Part shown: positions 19,156 through 28,967 of the stretch, piece by piece
Layout of the letters: every line of letters begins with the position of its first letter
How positions within the stretch are numbered: position 1 is the stretch's first letter
DNA from: a virus
Length of the DNA: 64,000 nt
Strand: one strand, 5' to 3'
IMG/VR virus record: IMGVR_UViG_3300042691_023183
Coordinates: 32,001-96,000 of that record
Position numbers and translations under genes: made by a program
The notes under the pieces: generated by a model
Databases searched by the model: none
What the model was told of the DNA's origin: nothing
Seen by the model: only the letters and a program-made list of their open reading frames with translations

Positions 19156-20103
19156 TTATTTTGAAACAATTTGATTCACCACATTAAGATAATGTTTTAC
19201 GACATTTTCCCATGCAAAATTCGTAATTCCATACTGACGAATTTCTTCACGGTGTAACAAAGATTGCTGTCTATTTGTTTCAATAACACCACGAATATAA
19301 TTCAAATCATAGATCTTATTTTCAGAGACTACGCTGATATATGGTTTTGTCAAATCCAAATTAGCGACAGAACATTCTGAAATAACCACTCCAAGTCCTG
19401 CCATCAACGCTTCTTTGGTAACAAGAGGATCTGCTTCTCCATCGCTTAACAAGACCAAATTGGCATAATTGGTTAGATTTTCATATAGTGTTGGTTTATC
19501 CCACTCACCAATATAGTTTGTACGTGAAAAATCAAAACGATTGTCGTCTTTATTTCCAACAAAATCAATGCCGTTGATGTTTTGATACAACCATTGACGT
19601 TTTCTATCGGTGATCTTAGCTAGATACACGCTCTTTCCGGGTTTAGAAGGTGTCGATGTATATTTAAACAGGTCTTGTCTAGCGCCATTACATACAACGT
19701 ATAGTCTATTATCGTTTACACCATAGTGTTTATATACGTTCTTGATGCCTTCTGATAAACAAACGATGTTGAAATCTCCACGAACAAACGCTTCAAAGAT
19801 TCTAACGTAACCACCATAACGATGTGGTTGTTCTAAATAACCATAGTGAGTAGTTGCAGCCTTGTGTTTACAATTAATATACGGTAACACGTCGTACAAA
19901 TCGTCATATTGAAGATGTACGAAGTCAGGGTTGTATTGGTTAACTTGATTGACAATCTCTCGACGGTCCTGAGTATTAACAATTTGTACTTCGTGACCCA
20001 ATTTAGTCAATTCGATATTATAATCCCATATGAGAGATTCTACAGCACCCCATCCTTTTGGAGGAATGGGCATAATTCCCGGTCCAATAATTGAAATTTT
20101 CAT
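19156..20103 (-). CDS. GT4-like glycosyltransferase
   Basis: IPPKGWGAVE, EADPLVTKEAL.AGL. Confidence 0.85.
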   Translation of the reverse strand: MKISIIGPGIMPIPPKGWGAVESLIWDYNIELTKLGHEVQIVNTQDRREIVNQVNQYNPDFVHLQYDDLYDVLPYINCKHKAATTHYGYLEQPHRYGGYVRIFEAFVRGDFNIVCLSEGIKNVYKHYGVNDNRLYVVCNGARQDLFKYTSTPSKPGKSVYLAKITDRKRQWLYQNINGIDFVGNKDDNRFDFSRTNYIGEWDKPTLYENLTNYANLVLLSDGEADPLVTKEALMAGLGVVISECSVANLDLTKPYISVVSENKIYDLNYIRGVIETNRQQSLLHREEIRQYGITNFAWENVVKHYLNVVNQIVSK

Positions 20104-20723
20104 GATATATAAACGTCGTTATCTTTAATTCTAGCGTCAAACATATAACCTTTTAGGGCCATATATTCACGATAAGAGTCTTCATTAAAAATGTTTTCCA
20201 ACATGATAACTTTGGGTTTGAGTAAACTAAGTCCGTTCATGACTTCTAACTCCCAACCTTCAGTATCAACTGAAAGAATATCGATTTGTTCGATATTCGC
20301 TTCTTTAATTATTGTATCCAAACGACGTTGTTTAACTTTAATTTGGGTTTTGTTTAATTTATTTACCCAACCTTTTGATATTGACTGATATGATTCTTTG
20401 ATCTTTAAAGAAGAAAAGGCATGATCGGTAACACTGCCACCTGTGATATGAACTATTGTAAAATCTACATCATCTTCGTCAGTCTCAGACGCGGCATATT
20501 CATATATTTCATTTCCAATATCACGGTGTTGTTTAGCAAATGTCGGATTTGGTTCTACAATAACAGTTCTCCATCCGTTTAATGTAAAGTGACGAGATAC
20601 AGATATAAACTCTGGAGTTGCACCGCCGACTTCAACCAATGTACCTTTGTAACCATAATCTGGAAAGTATTTTGATCTAAGAAATTGGTCTTCTTTATGT
20701 TCTGCAAAAAATGATTCGTTCAT
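20100..20723 (-). CDS. FkbM-family methyltransferase
   Basis: VEVGG, VEPNP, RRLDTI, LSVDTEGWELEV. Confidence 0.88.
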   Translation of the reverse strand: MNESFFAEHKEDQFLRSKYFPDYGYKGTLVEVGGATPEFISVSRHFTLNGWRTVIVEPNPTFAKQHRDIGNEIYEYAASETDEDDVDFTIVHITGGSVTDHAFSSLKIKESYQSISKGWVNKLNKTQIKVKQRRLDTIIKEANIEQIDILSVDTEGWELEVMNGLSLLKPKVIMLENIFNEDSYREYMALKGYMFDARIKDNDVYIS

Positions 20724-21469
20724 ACAAGTATTTTTAGTACGGGTAAATGTTGTCCGTTCAACTGTATATATACATTAAACAATGACGGATTACGCTTACA
20801 AATATAAGCTAATGCAATTTGTTCGTTATTAATCATGTTTTGATCTAACATTTCTTCTTGTAAAAATTTCAATGTAAGATCTGATACTTGAGTTACGTAT
20901 TCATGATGGCCACCAAAGAAAGTTCCTACCAATACACAATCCGACATCCATTTATAGTTATCGTCAATGGGAATTCTGTTGGTATTATAATTACCTTGAA
21001 TCAAAAATTTTGGTGGAAGTTTGTCGGGATTTGGAAACGATTTTGGAAGATTCTCAAAAAAACGACTACACCCAGCGTCCATCCAAAAGAAATACTCTGA
21101 ATTGAATGGATTTTCTTTTATAGTACGTTTCAACCATTCAAATTTAGAGTATTGAATAATGTTATACATTGGCAATACACACTCAACTCTATTTGGATGT
21201 TTGATTTTTTGTAGATACTCAGGATTGTTCAATATACTCTGTATTGTCCCACATTTGTTATATAAAGGTATTTGATCGGGTGAAGTCACAATAACCTTAA
21301 TATTAGGTTTTTGTGGAATGTATGGAACCACACCCGATTCGGTGTATATAACATAGTTGCATGAAAGAGATAATGTTTCTGGAAGCCATTTAAGATAGTC
21401 TCTAAAAGGTCTACCGTCACCACGTTGTTCACGATTGATGTTATAAAGTGCCGTTACGATTGTTGTCAT
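20720..21469 (-). CDS. HtrL/YibB (WlaTC)-like glycosyltransferase
   Basis: TIVTALY, YSKF, NPFNSEYFFWMDAG, GTFFGG, NEQ. Confidence 0.8.
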   Translation of the reverse strand: MTTIVTALYNINREQRGDGRPFRDYLKWLPETLSLSCNYVIYTESGVVPYIPQKPNIKVIVTSPDQIPLYNKCGTIQSILNNPEYLQKIKHPNRVECVLPMYNIIQYSKFEWLKRTIKENPFNSEYFFWMDAGCSRFFENLPKSFPNPDKLPPKFLIQGNYNTNRIPIDDNYKWMSDCVLVGTFFGGHHEYVTQVSDLTLKFLQEEMLDQNMINNEQIALAYICKRNPSLFNVYIQLNGQHLPVLKILV

Positions 21470-22187
21470 AAAGATATTTAAATTGATGAACCAAAGGATG
21501 AGAGGTCTGTCTCCAATAATGGTTTCTGTGACATTCGATTATTTCCGGATTGTATATTTCATGTTCTCCTTGCAGTGCAAATAAAATAGGAAGTATTACA
21601 TCGTGTGCAAAAACAGCGTAAAATGTTTTTGTTATACGTGGTAAAAAAGTAGGATCTTGTTCGGTCACATACTTATATGATTTTAAAAAGGTTTCACAAT
21701 GGATTATTGCCGGGGTTGCTCCCCAACAGTTAATATCAATCGCACCGGGAGTTTGTGCAAGTATAGTTCTTAGTGCCGAAGGCAATCCCCAGTTAATTCT
21801 GGATCCCAATAATTTGGCACCTTCTGGCAAAGACAATGGACCACGAACAAGAGTATCAGGATCCATCAACAATAAATAATCAGATTGACAGAATTCTATT
21901 GCTTGTTTGACGCGGTTTAAAAATGAACGTGTTGCGAATAATATTTTTTCTTGAAAGTATGGTTCTACAAAGTTTTGATCGTTTACTTGTTTGATTATAT
22001 ACATTGTATCTTCTACATGGTTTATTTTAATATTGTTTAAAGATAACAACGAATCAAAATTGGTATTTGAACTTTCTGTGGTTAGATAAATTTTGGAATA
22101 TGGATATATTTTTCTGAACATTGGTAATGAAAATTCCAATGCTCGTACTTCGTTGTAACACGTAACTAATACACCCAACGTACTCAT
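21441..22187 (-). CDS. GT2-like glycosyltransferase
   Basis: VTCYNE, LMDPD DxD motif; operon context. Confidence 0.65.
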   Translation of the reverse strand: MSTLGVLVTCYNEVRALEFSLPMFRKIYPYSKIYLTTESSNTNFDSLLSLNNIKINHVEDTMYIIKQVNDQNFVEPYFQEKILFATRSFLNRVKQAIEFCQSDYLLLMDPDTLVRGPLSLPEGAKLLGSRINWGLPSALRTILAQTPGAIDINCWGATPAIIHCETFLKSYKYVTEQDPTFLPRITKTFYAVFAHDVILPILFALQGEHEIYNPEIIECHRNHYWRQTSHPLVHQFKYLYDNNRNGTL

Positions 22188-23122
22188 TTTATAACATTAT
22201 TAATATTGTCTTCAAAAACTTTAATGAAGTTTTCATGAGACCACTCATTATAGTATTTTTCCAACGGACCAAAACCGTTATTTATGATTTCTTTTAACGA
22301 ATTATCTTCTGCACAAATAGATGGTTGAGTATTCCAAATGTGTGAAAACATATTACTACGACAAATTGCAATCGGACGTTTGACTGATAAAGCGTAATCT
22401 ATAGATGATGATATTCCGTTATAACTGGTGTATTTTTGGTAGAAGAAGATATTAAGGTCATTGCCAGCAAGAAATGTTAATAATTCATCGTCACTTATAA
22501 AGTTTGTAGTAATCTTCAACGTTATGTTAGGATTGTTGATAATACGATTTGCCACAAATTTGATTGTTTCAATATCTCTTGTATTTTCACAAAAATGAGA
22601 ATGTGTTAGATGTAATCGTAGTTCGATAGGAAACGTTGTCCTATAAAAGTTATCTCTAACACATGCGCATAACGTTTCATATTGTTTGGATGCAAAGCCA
22701 AATCCAAAAGATCCAATTTTAAGTACGTTTGGATTCAAATTAAGGTTGTTGGTGTATTCAAACAAGGGTCTCAACAGACGATAGTTATTTTCATTTGGTT
22801 GATAATTGGGGTCTTGGTGTAAGTAAAAATCAAAGAATGTCGAATATGCAACATTATGAACTATCGTTCCTTGTTTGATGCCTAATTGACGTAGTTCATC
22901 TACATACATTTTATCAACCCAAGGCATCGTACCCGTAAGATGATTGTATACAATAACTTGAGGTTTATGAGTGTCAACTTCTTTTTGAAATTCTTCACGA
23001 TTGTCCATTTCCAAATAATGAACAACTAAGTTATTTGATTTGGAAATAATAGACGATACGCGTTTACCATATTGGTATACGCCGCAGTTTTGTATTTTAT
23101 GGTTAACCAAGAATATTTTCAT
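22184..23122 (-). CDS. GT-B-like protein
   Basis: CGVYQYG, GSFGF, GISSSIDYALSVKRPI. Confidence 0.6.
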   Translation of the reverse strand: MKIFLVNHKIQNCGVYQYGKRVSSIISKSNNLVVHYLEMDNREEFQKEVDTHKPQVIVYNHLTGTMPWVDKMYVDELRQLGIKQGTIVHNVAYSTFFDFYLHQDPNYQPNENNYRLLRPLFEYTNNLNLNPNVLKIGSFGFGFASKQYETLCACVRDNFYRTTFPIELRLHLTHSHFCENTRDIETIKFVANRIINNPNITLKITTNFISDDELLTFLAGNDLNIFFYQKYTSYNGISSSIDYALSVKRPIAICRSNMFSHIWNTQPSICAEDNSLKEIINNGFGPLEKYYNEWSHENFIKVFEDNINNVIK

Positions 23123-23724
23123 ATTTGAGAAATCAAATCTTCCGGAAATATTTGATCAAATTTATAGTTGTTTACATTTAAAGTAGGATGTATCCACCAA
23201 TCTTCAAATCCATTATTATTCAAATGATTTAACGTGCTTAACGACCTAAAATGACGATCTGGTACACGAACGTTTGATCCTAATAGGTGATATCCAAGAT
23301 TATTCAAAAAATCACGTTGTTGATTTCTATATTTGTCACCATAAATGTATCCGTCATGTTCAATGGTGATAACGCCGAATTTATATATGTCATGTGGCAA
23401 TAGTTTTAAAGCATCAATACTAAGTTCATCTATATCCACCGATAGATAATCTATCCATTTTGGAGAATTTTGGTGTTCAAATAAATCTTTATAATTGATG
23501 GTTAATGCATTTTGATTTATAAAAGTACACGATCTACTATGATAACTGTCCGCATAACCTTTTTCGATTTCTATGCATATACCTTTCCATCCAAGTGATT
23601 CAAAGAAGTATGTGTTGTTAGAATTAATTGCACCACAACTTCCGATGTCTACGAAATAACCATTACGTTTTCCGTTAAGAATTTTGTGTACAAACTGATC
23701 TTGAAAAGCGTCTGATTTAAACAT
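23119..23724 (-). CDS. FkbM/Methyltransf_21-like methyltransferase
   Basis: QDQFV, GYFVDIG, SNNTYFFE..GWKGICIE, IDYLSVD, ITIEH, EDWW. Confidence 0.85.
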   Translation of the reverse strand: MFKSDAFQDQFVHKILNGKRNGYFVDIGSCGAINSNNTYFFESLGWKGICIEIEKGYADSYHSRSCTFINQNALTINYKDLFEHQNSPKWIDYLSVDIDELSIDALKLLPHDIYKFGVITIEHDGYIYGDKYRNQQRDFLNNLGYHLLGSNVRVPDRHFRSLSTLNHLNNNGFEDWWIHPTLNVNNYKFDQIFPEDLISQI

Positions 23725-23727
23725 AAA

Positions 23728-24690
23728 TTATAAAATTGAAAATAAACTGTTGATTCTGTTTATATAGGTATGATTTTCTTTTACATACAACATTGATTTT
23801 TTTATGAAATCATAGTCTGTTCGATGTTGCATACCGATGTTAAATAATTCCACGGGATTTGAGTGATACAAACAATGTCCTTCCATTTCGTTGTATATCT
23901 CTTGAGAGTTTGTTAAACCCAAATGACCATAGCTAACATTTTTGAATATTCTGCACGTAACAATGCCGGTTCTAGCATGTTCTGATCCACGAATATCAAT
24001 TCCCAGTATTGATTTTTGTACCAATTCTTTCACTTTATCATCTGATATTGGATTTCTCCATGGATCATTATGATAAAAGGTAATATTATTACGTTTACAT
24101 TCCTGTATAAATGGAAGCCAATTGCTCATGTTTTCACATATACCAGAGTTGGAAAGACTTCCACAAAAATAAATGGAGTTTTCTCGTTGACGATAAACAT
24201 CATTTAAATCAAATTCTTCTGGTAATAGGTTAGTTGCCCAACTCAAGTAGAACTTATCAAAATCGTCAATGGTATAGTCTACATAATTGTTTTTGATATG
24301 TACTTTTTGATTGGTTTTAGGAACATAATAACAAGATGGTCCTATTTTTTGAGTGGTAGTTTTATCTACTGAATAATCGTGTATATGGTCCTTATGATTT
24401 TTAGCGGCACATCGAACATCAATATATCGTTTAACTCCAGCGTTCAAATACTTTTTGGGTGACGGACAATACATCACAAAATACGTACTGCTAGAATTCA
24501 ACGGAATGTTGTTGTCTGCAAATCCTTCTGTTATAAAAACACAATTGGAGTAATCAAAATCTTTGGGATAGTCTTTGTCATGAAACCAATAAACTTCATG
24601 TCCCATGTGAGATGCTGCCTTATAATAAGATGAATGAACATACGAATGTGTATGCGAATACAAAGGATGACCCCATATAACTATTTTCAT
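23728..24690 (-). CDS. Glycosyltransferase (CgeB/GT-B-like)
   Basis: HTHSYVH, CRIFKNVSYG, VKENHTYINR. Confidence 0.7.
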   Translation of the reverse strand: MKIVIWGHPLYSHTHSYVHSSYYKAASHMGHEVYWFHDKDYPKDFDYSNCVFITEGFADNNIPLNSSSTYFVMYCPSPKKYLNAGVKRYIDVRCAAKNHKDHIHDYSVDKTTTQKIGPSCYYVPKTNQKVHIKNNYVDYTIDDFDKFYLSWATNLLPEEFDLNDVYRQRENSIYFCGSLSNSGICENMSNWLPFIQECKRNNITFYHNDPWRNPISDDKVKELVQKSILGIDIRGSEHARTGIVTCRIFKNVSYGHLGLTNSQEIYNEMEGHCLYHSNPVELFNIGMQHRTDYDFIKKSMLYVKENHTYINRINSLFSIL

Positions 24691-25397
24691 GAAGGTGACG
24701 CTCCTTTGAATCGTGGATATTCTTCCATGTTTTTATCTTTATGAATCATCAATTTGTTAACTGGCAAATTCCAATGTTCTGGGTATGCCATACTCGGACT
24801 TAAAATAGCAGCTTCTTTTCGATGGTCTACGATAAACTTGTTAAGATGTGATTCATCATGCCAAACAGCAATAATATTGTTTTTAAGGTCAGTGTCGATG
24901 TTGTTTTTCATCACGTTAACCATATATTCTATGTGATTGCCTTTCGCTCCCCATACACATCCTTGAACATAAACACAACGGTGTCGTTCTGGAATATATG
25001 CGGTGGAATTTGGATTTGTTTCTATTGGCCAGAAGTTTAAGTTAGAGACAACTGACGGATGACAAACTGCATAATATTTTTTATTGTTAATATCAAATGT
25101 GAGAAGTGTATCTACAAATTCCATGTCGCTATCAATATAGAACACGTAATCGTAATCGGATAGTTCTTTGATACACGATGAAATGAATTCAAAACGTTTC
25201 AAAGTAATATATGGCCAAGGTTGGTGTTCTATCTTATACCATTTGACCGATTCATCAAACCACTCTAACTTTTCGTCCGTGAAAAAGTAAAAATCCTTTT
25301 GCGCACTTGGTATGAAATGTTTCTTAACCGAAGTCCACAAAGGATGTAAAAATGATTTATATTTGTTGGTCGCTAACGTAATAACGGCAATTTTCAT
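24687..25397 (-). CDS. GT6 (ABO/alpha-1,3-Gal(NAc)-transferase-like)
   Basis: IAVITLATNKY, FFTD, WPYITLKRF, YIDSD, AVWHDESHLNKF signature. Confidence 0.9.
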   Translation of the reverse strand: MKIAVITLATNKYKSFLHPLWTSVKKHFIPSAQKDFYFFTDEKLEWFDESVKWYKIEHQPWPYITLKRFEFISSCIKELSDYDYVFYIDSDMEFVDTLLTFDINNKKYYAVCHPSVVSNLNFWPIETNPNSTAYIPERHRCVYVQGCVWGAKGNHIEYMVNVMKNNIDTDLKNNIIAVWHDESHLNKFIVDHRKEAAILSPSMAYPEHWNLPVNKLMIHKDKNMEEYPRFKGASPS

Positions 25398-25400
25398 AAC

Positions 25401-26231
25401 TTAATAATTCTTCAAATACTCAACGTCTTTGTAATAGGTATTTAACTGATCTTGATTCATATCACCCAATTTTTTATATAAATCATTGTTCGACTTGAAA
25501 TAAGGATTTTTATCGCTAGAGTCTGATCCACGACTATGTTCTATGTGATATACAAATCCTTTATCAAGGTGTGTAACGGTGGTATTGAATTTTTTGAACC
25601 GTTCGTATCTTTCACGATCTTCTGGACCATACGATATAAAGTTTTCATTTTCCCACCCGTATTTTTTATATGATGATGTTTTGAAAAATTGACAATGACC
25701 ATATTCCGCAACACAATCTGAATAGTCTTGAGAGGTGAGTTCTACCACGGACGCTTGGTTTAACAACTTTTCTCTTCCAGACGTACCAATCTTCTTTTGA
25801 AATTTTCCCATAGCAAATGGATATACCAAGTCATGATTTTGACGAGTAATCTTTTTGTATGCCATTAGGTAAGATTCGATTGGGAGAATCACGTCAGCGT
25901 CATAATTTACTGTAACTGTGGTGTCTGATAATGCCAACATACGGTTTAAATATCGTGTTCTATGAAACGATTCATCTGGTATGTTTTGATGTATATAAGT
26001 CACATCGTCTTTGATTAAAGATGACACGATTGGTTCTTTAGAACACTCATAAACAATAATGTTAGTCTCAAAATTACGACGTAGATAGTCGTATATTATG
26101 CTAAAGTTTTTCTTTCTGTCGTCACTTTCAATGCAAACAGGTATGATAAACGTACACTCTTGTAATGGAATCAAACCATCTGTGATGGTTTTTGCTTTTT
26201 GTATTGTTTGAATTTCTTTAGGAATTTTCAT
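25401..26231 (-). CDS. GT7/GT2-like galactosyltransferase
   Basis: FHRTRYLN, YDAD, GWENENFISYGPED, YHIEH. Confidence 0.8.
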   Translation of the reverse strand: MKIPKEIQTIQKAKTITDGLIPLQECTFIIPVCIESDDRKKNFSIIYDYLRRNFETNIIVYECSKEPIVSSLIKDDVTYIHQNIPDESFHRTRYLNRMLALSDTTVTVNYDADVILPIESYLMAYKKITRQNHDLVYPFAMGKFQKKIGTSGREKLLNQASVVELTSQDYSDCVAEYGHCQFFKTSSYKKYGWENENFISYGPEDRERYERFKKFNTTVTHLDKGFVYHIEHSRGSDSSDKNPYFKSNNDLYKKLGDMNQDQLNTYYKDVEYLKNY

Positions 26232-27040
26232 ATTACAATCCAACTTGGTACATATAAATCTTTAGTGTTTAAAGTTACATCTGGACCGAACCAACGTGAA
26301 GGTGCAATAACTTTTTTATTTGGATTGGCGTTCAACCACGCCCCCCACCAACTAAATGTACTGTTGGCAATAATGTTATGACTACACTGGGTCATAATGC
26401 ACATATCAACAAATTGGTTACAAGACTCGGATACGAAAAAGTTATCATTTCCGGTAAAGGTTGATTTTGCCCATTCGATATCATCTGACACCACTATAAA
26501 ATTATATGATTTATCGGTAAAATGACTTAACGCATTGCTATAATATGTTAAATCACATGTACCGTGATGTGATAAATGTACATAATCACCTCTACGTACA
26601 TGAATAGAAACAGTTTCGTATGATTGTTTATCTTTTAAATACTCTTTTACTGTATTAACTATATCATGTCTAAATGTAAATTCGGATCTAACTGTTGATT
26701 CTATATGTTTAAAATATTTTTCAGTTTGAAAGTAACCATGTAAATGTACATCATCACCAACGTTAAAAAGTTCTTGGTTAAAATGAAAATGGTTTCCTTC
26801 ATGAACCATTCTATATTTTTCATTACATTGTAAAGCAGATAGATGAAATGCTTTTGGTAGTACAAAAGTTTGTTTGTTAACAATCTCATTGTCAGTAAAA
26901 TCGTACCAAGGAATTTTATTTCCGATAGAATAGTCAATTCCATATAAACAGTTTTGTTTATCTGCAATACCCATCAATGATGCATATTGAAACATTTGAT
27001 TTCCAAATCTTCCATTTAGTCCAATTGTAATGGTAATCAT
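26228..27040 (-). CDS. GT11 alpha-1,2-fucosyltransferase-like
   Basis: GRFGNQMFQYA, GYFQ.EKYF, HVRRGDY, SDD, ANSTFSWWGAWL. Confidence 0.92.
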   Translation of the reverse strand: MITITIGLNGRFGNQMFQYASLMGIADKQNCLYGIDYSIGNKIPWYDFTDNEIVNKQTFVLPKAFHLSALQCNEKYRMVHEGNHFHFNQELFNVGDDVHLHGYFQTEKYFKHIESTVRSEFTFRHDIVNTVKEYLKDKQSYETVSIHVRRGDYVHLSHHGTCDLTYYSNALSHFTDKSYNFIVVSDDIEWAKSTFTGNDNFFVSESCNQFVDMCIMTQCSHNIIANSTFSWWGAWLNANPNKKVIAPSRWFGPDVTLNTKDLYVPSWIVI

Positions 27041-27753
27041 TTTGATAGATAATTTAGTTGTTCTAGTTTTAGTTCCATGCTGGTACATCTATCGGTATTG
27101 ATTGTACAATTTGCATGATAAAGTATTATTTTCGACGTGTCTATTGTATCTAAATTTGATAGTTGATGTGTACATTTATAACATCCATGGTTATTTGAAC
27201 ATACGTTACATTGTATCGTGTCATCTCTATACGATAAAGACGTATATTGAAGATATCTAAAATCAAATATACCAATTTCTATTGAAGGAATGGTATTCGA
27301 AAAGTAATTAATAACGTCCATATCATGAACATCATTATGTTTACAACTAGTTAATAATTTTTCAAAAAAGTCCACCATCGTATCGTTACATTCTATTTTA
27401 CAAAATGCTGGATTTACAAATGTATCTGATGGATCTTCATCTTCTTTTAAAACAGTAAACATTTTATCATATGATGTTAAATCAATTGGAGAAAAGAATT
27501 TAATGTCAACATCTGTCCATATAATTTTTCGTCCCAGATTTTCTTTGGTTGTTTGTAGCATCAATCTTGTTTTATTATGTAAACAGTCGATGTATCCATC
27601 CGTATTATAATCACCATTTCCATCAACAGTAGTTTCAAATATACGAAGATCGTAGTTATTTTCATTAAACTTTATAAATGATGGATAAAAGTGTTTGTTA
27701 AATATTTCATCCATTTGAGGAGAGTATAAACAATATACCGGAGTTTTTTCCAT
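27037..27753 (-). CDS. Nucleotide-diphospho-sugar transferase (GT77-like)
   Basis: WTDVDI DxD, N.AF, D..VIN, YHANC. Confidence 0.7.
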   Translation of the reverse strand: MEKTPVYCLYSPQMDEIFNKHFYPSFIKFNENNYDLRIFETTVDGNGDYNTDGYIDCLHNKTRLMLQTTKENLGRKIIWTDVDIKFFSPIDLTSYDKMFTVLKEDEDPSDTFVNPAFCKIECNDTMVDFFEKLLTSCKHNDVHDMDVINYFSNTIPSIEIGIFDFRYLQYTSLSYRDDTIQCNVCSNNHGCYKCTHQLSNLDTIDTSKIILYHANCTINTDRCTSMELKLEQLNYLSK

Positions 27754-27755
27754 AA

Positions 27756-28964
27756 TCACTTTCTAATATTATCTTCTAATGAGAATTCGTTCATGTATCT
27801 ACTATTATCTTTACGTTGTTTTTCAATCGTCTTTGTATGATACAATGATAATTCTTCCATTGCAGGAATACGTGTAAACTCTTTGAATCCTACGATGGTT
27901 TCATGCAATTTACGTTCCCATTTAATATGAGGTTGATTTTTGTATATGCGGGACTGATAGTCAGGCCACATGATATATCCCTTTTCATTGACTCTCCACC
28001 CATAATTTTTGATGTCTTCTGAGGTTACACCAATAAAGTTATTGACTCTTGGTACCCAAAACATTTCACAACTAAGGTTTGATTCGATGAGGTCTCTAAG
28101 ATTTTCAAGAAGAATCTCGTTGGGAAGTTCATCTGCGTCAATTTGAAATATGTATTTGCCACTACACTGTGAAGTTCCAAAGTTCTTATGAGAACCATAG
28201 TCTTTATTTAGGTGATGTTTGGAAATTTTGATTCCATTAACCAATTCGTGGTCTTTCAATACATTGAGTGTAACTTCGTCATCTGAATAATCATCTAACA
28301 CAACGATTTCATTACCGGTAATGTATTTTGACAAGAGAGTCAATAAACTACGCAGTTGTTCACCTTCATTGTGACATGTTACAAGAAATGACACAAATGG
28401 AGTTGACTGTTTAGTAAACACCGCATATCCAGACGGTTCTGTAACGTAGTCTGGATAATAGATGTCATATTTACCATTGAATACATTGTAAATATCATTC
28501 TTGACGTAATTTAAGTCCAAGTTTTGATCTTCATATGAATCATAGTTAAACTTCGAATTACCTTTACCGTCTGGGATATAAAAATCATGAATAATGATAG
28601 GACATTCAAATCCATACTTTTTGATGATTTTGAGTTCATCCAACAACGGCCAATACTTTTCCCAATGGGCGTCCAAGAAAAAGATTACATCCTCTCGTCC
28701 TTGAAACTTCTGACATATTGTTTCCAAAAATGTAATAGATGACTCATTTGTCACCGTAACGTTTTTAGCATGTTGTAAGTTGTTTTTAGCCAACTCATAC
28801 GTTGCAGGTACGATTTCACATGAATATAGTTCCTGAAAATGAGGAGATAAAATTCCCATAGAATCTCCATCATTGGTTCCAGTTTCAATAAAAACGTTGG
28901 ATTTAAATTTCTCTTTTAATTTCAACGTATGTTCTAACAAATATCTGTCTCTATATGCTCCCAT
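27756..28964 (-). CDS. Methyltransferase-like + GT2 fusion protein
   Basis: N-terminal FIETGT..G, FFLDAH, IIHD; C-terminal VTCHNE, QIDADE, WPDYQ.R, HE.I.G. Confidence 0.85.
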   Translation of the reverse strand: MGAYRDRYLLEHTLKLKEKFKSNVFIETGTNDGDSMGILSPHFQELYSCEIVPATYELAKNNLQHAKNVTVTNESSITFLETICQKFQGREDVIFFLDAHWEKYWPLLDELKIIKKYGFECPIIIHDFYIPDGKGNSKFNYDSYEDQNLDLNYVKNDIYNVFNGKYDIYYPDYVTEPSGYAVFTKQSTPFVSFLVTCHNEGEQLRSLLTLLSKYITGNEIVVLDDYSDDEVTLNVLKDHELVNGIKISKHHLNKDYGSHKNFGTSQCSGKYIFQIDADELPNEILLENLRDLIESNLSCEMFWVPRVNNFIGVTSEDIKNYGWRVNEKGYIMWPDYQSRIYKNQPHIKWERKLHETIVGFKEFTRIPAMEELSLYHTKTIEKQRKDNSRYMNEFSLEDNIRK

Positions 28965-28967
28965 ATG

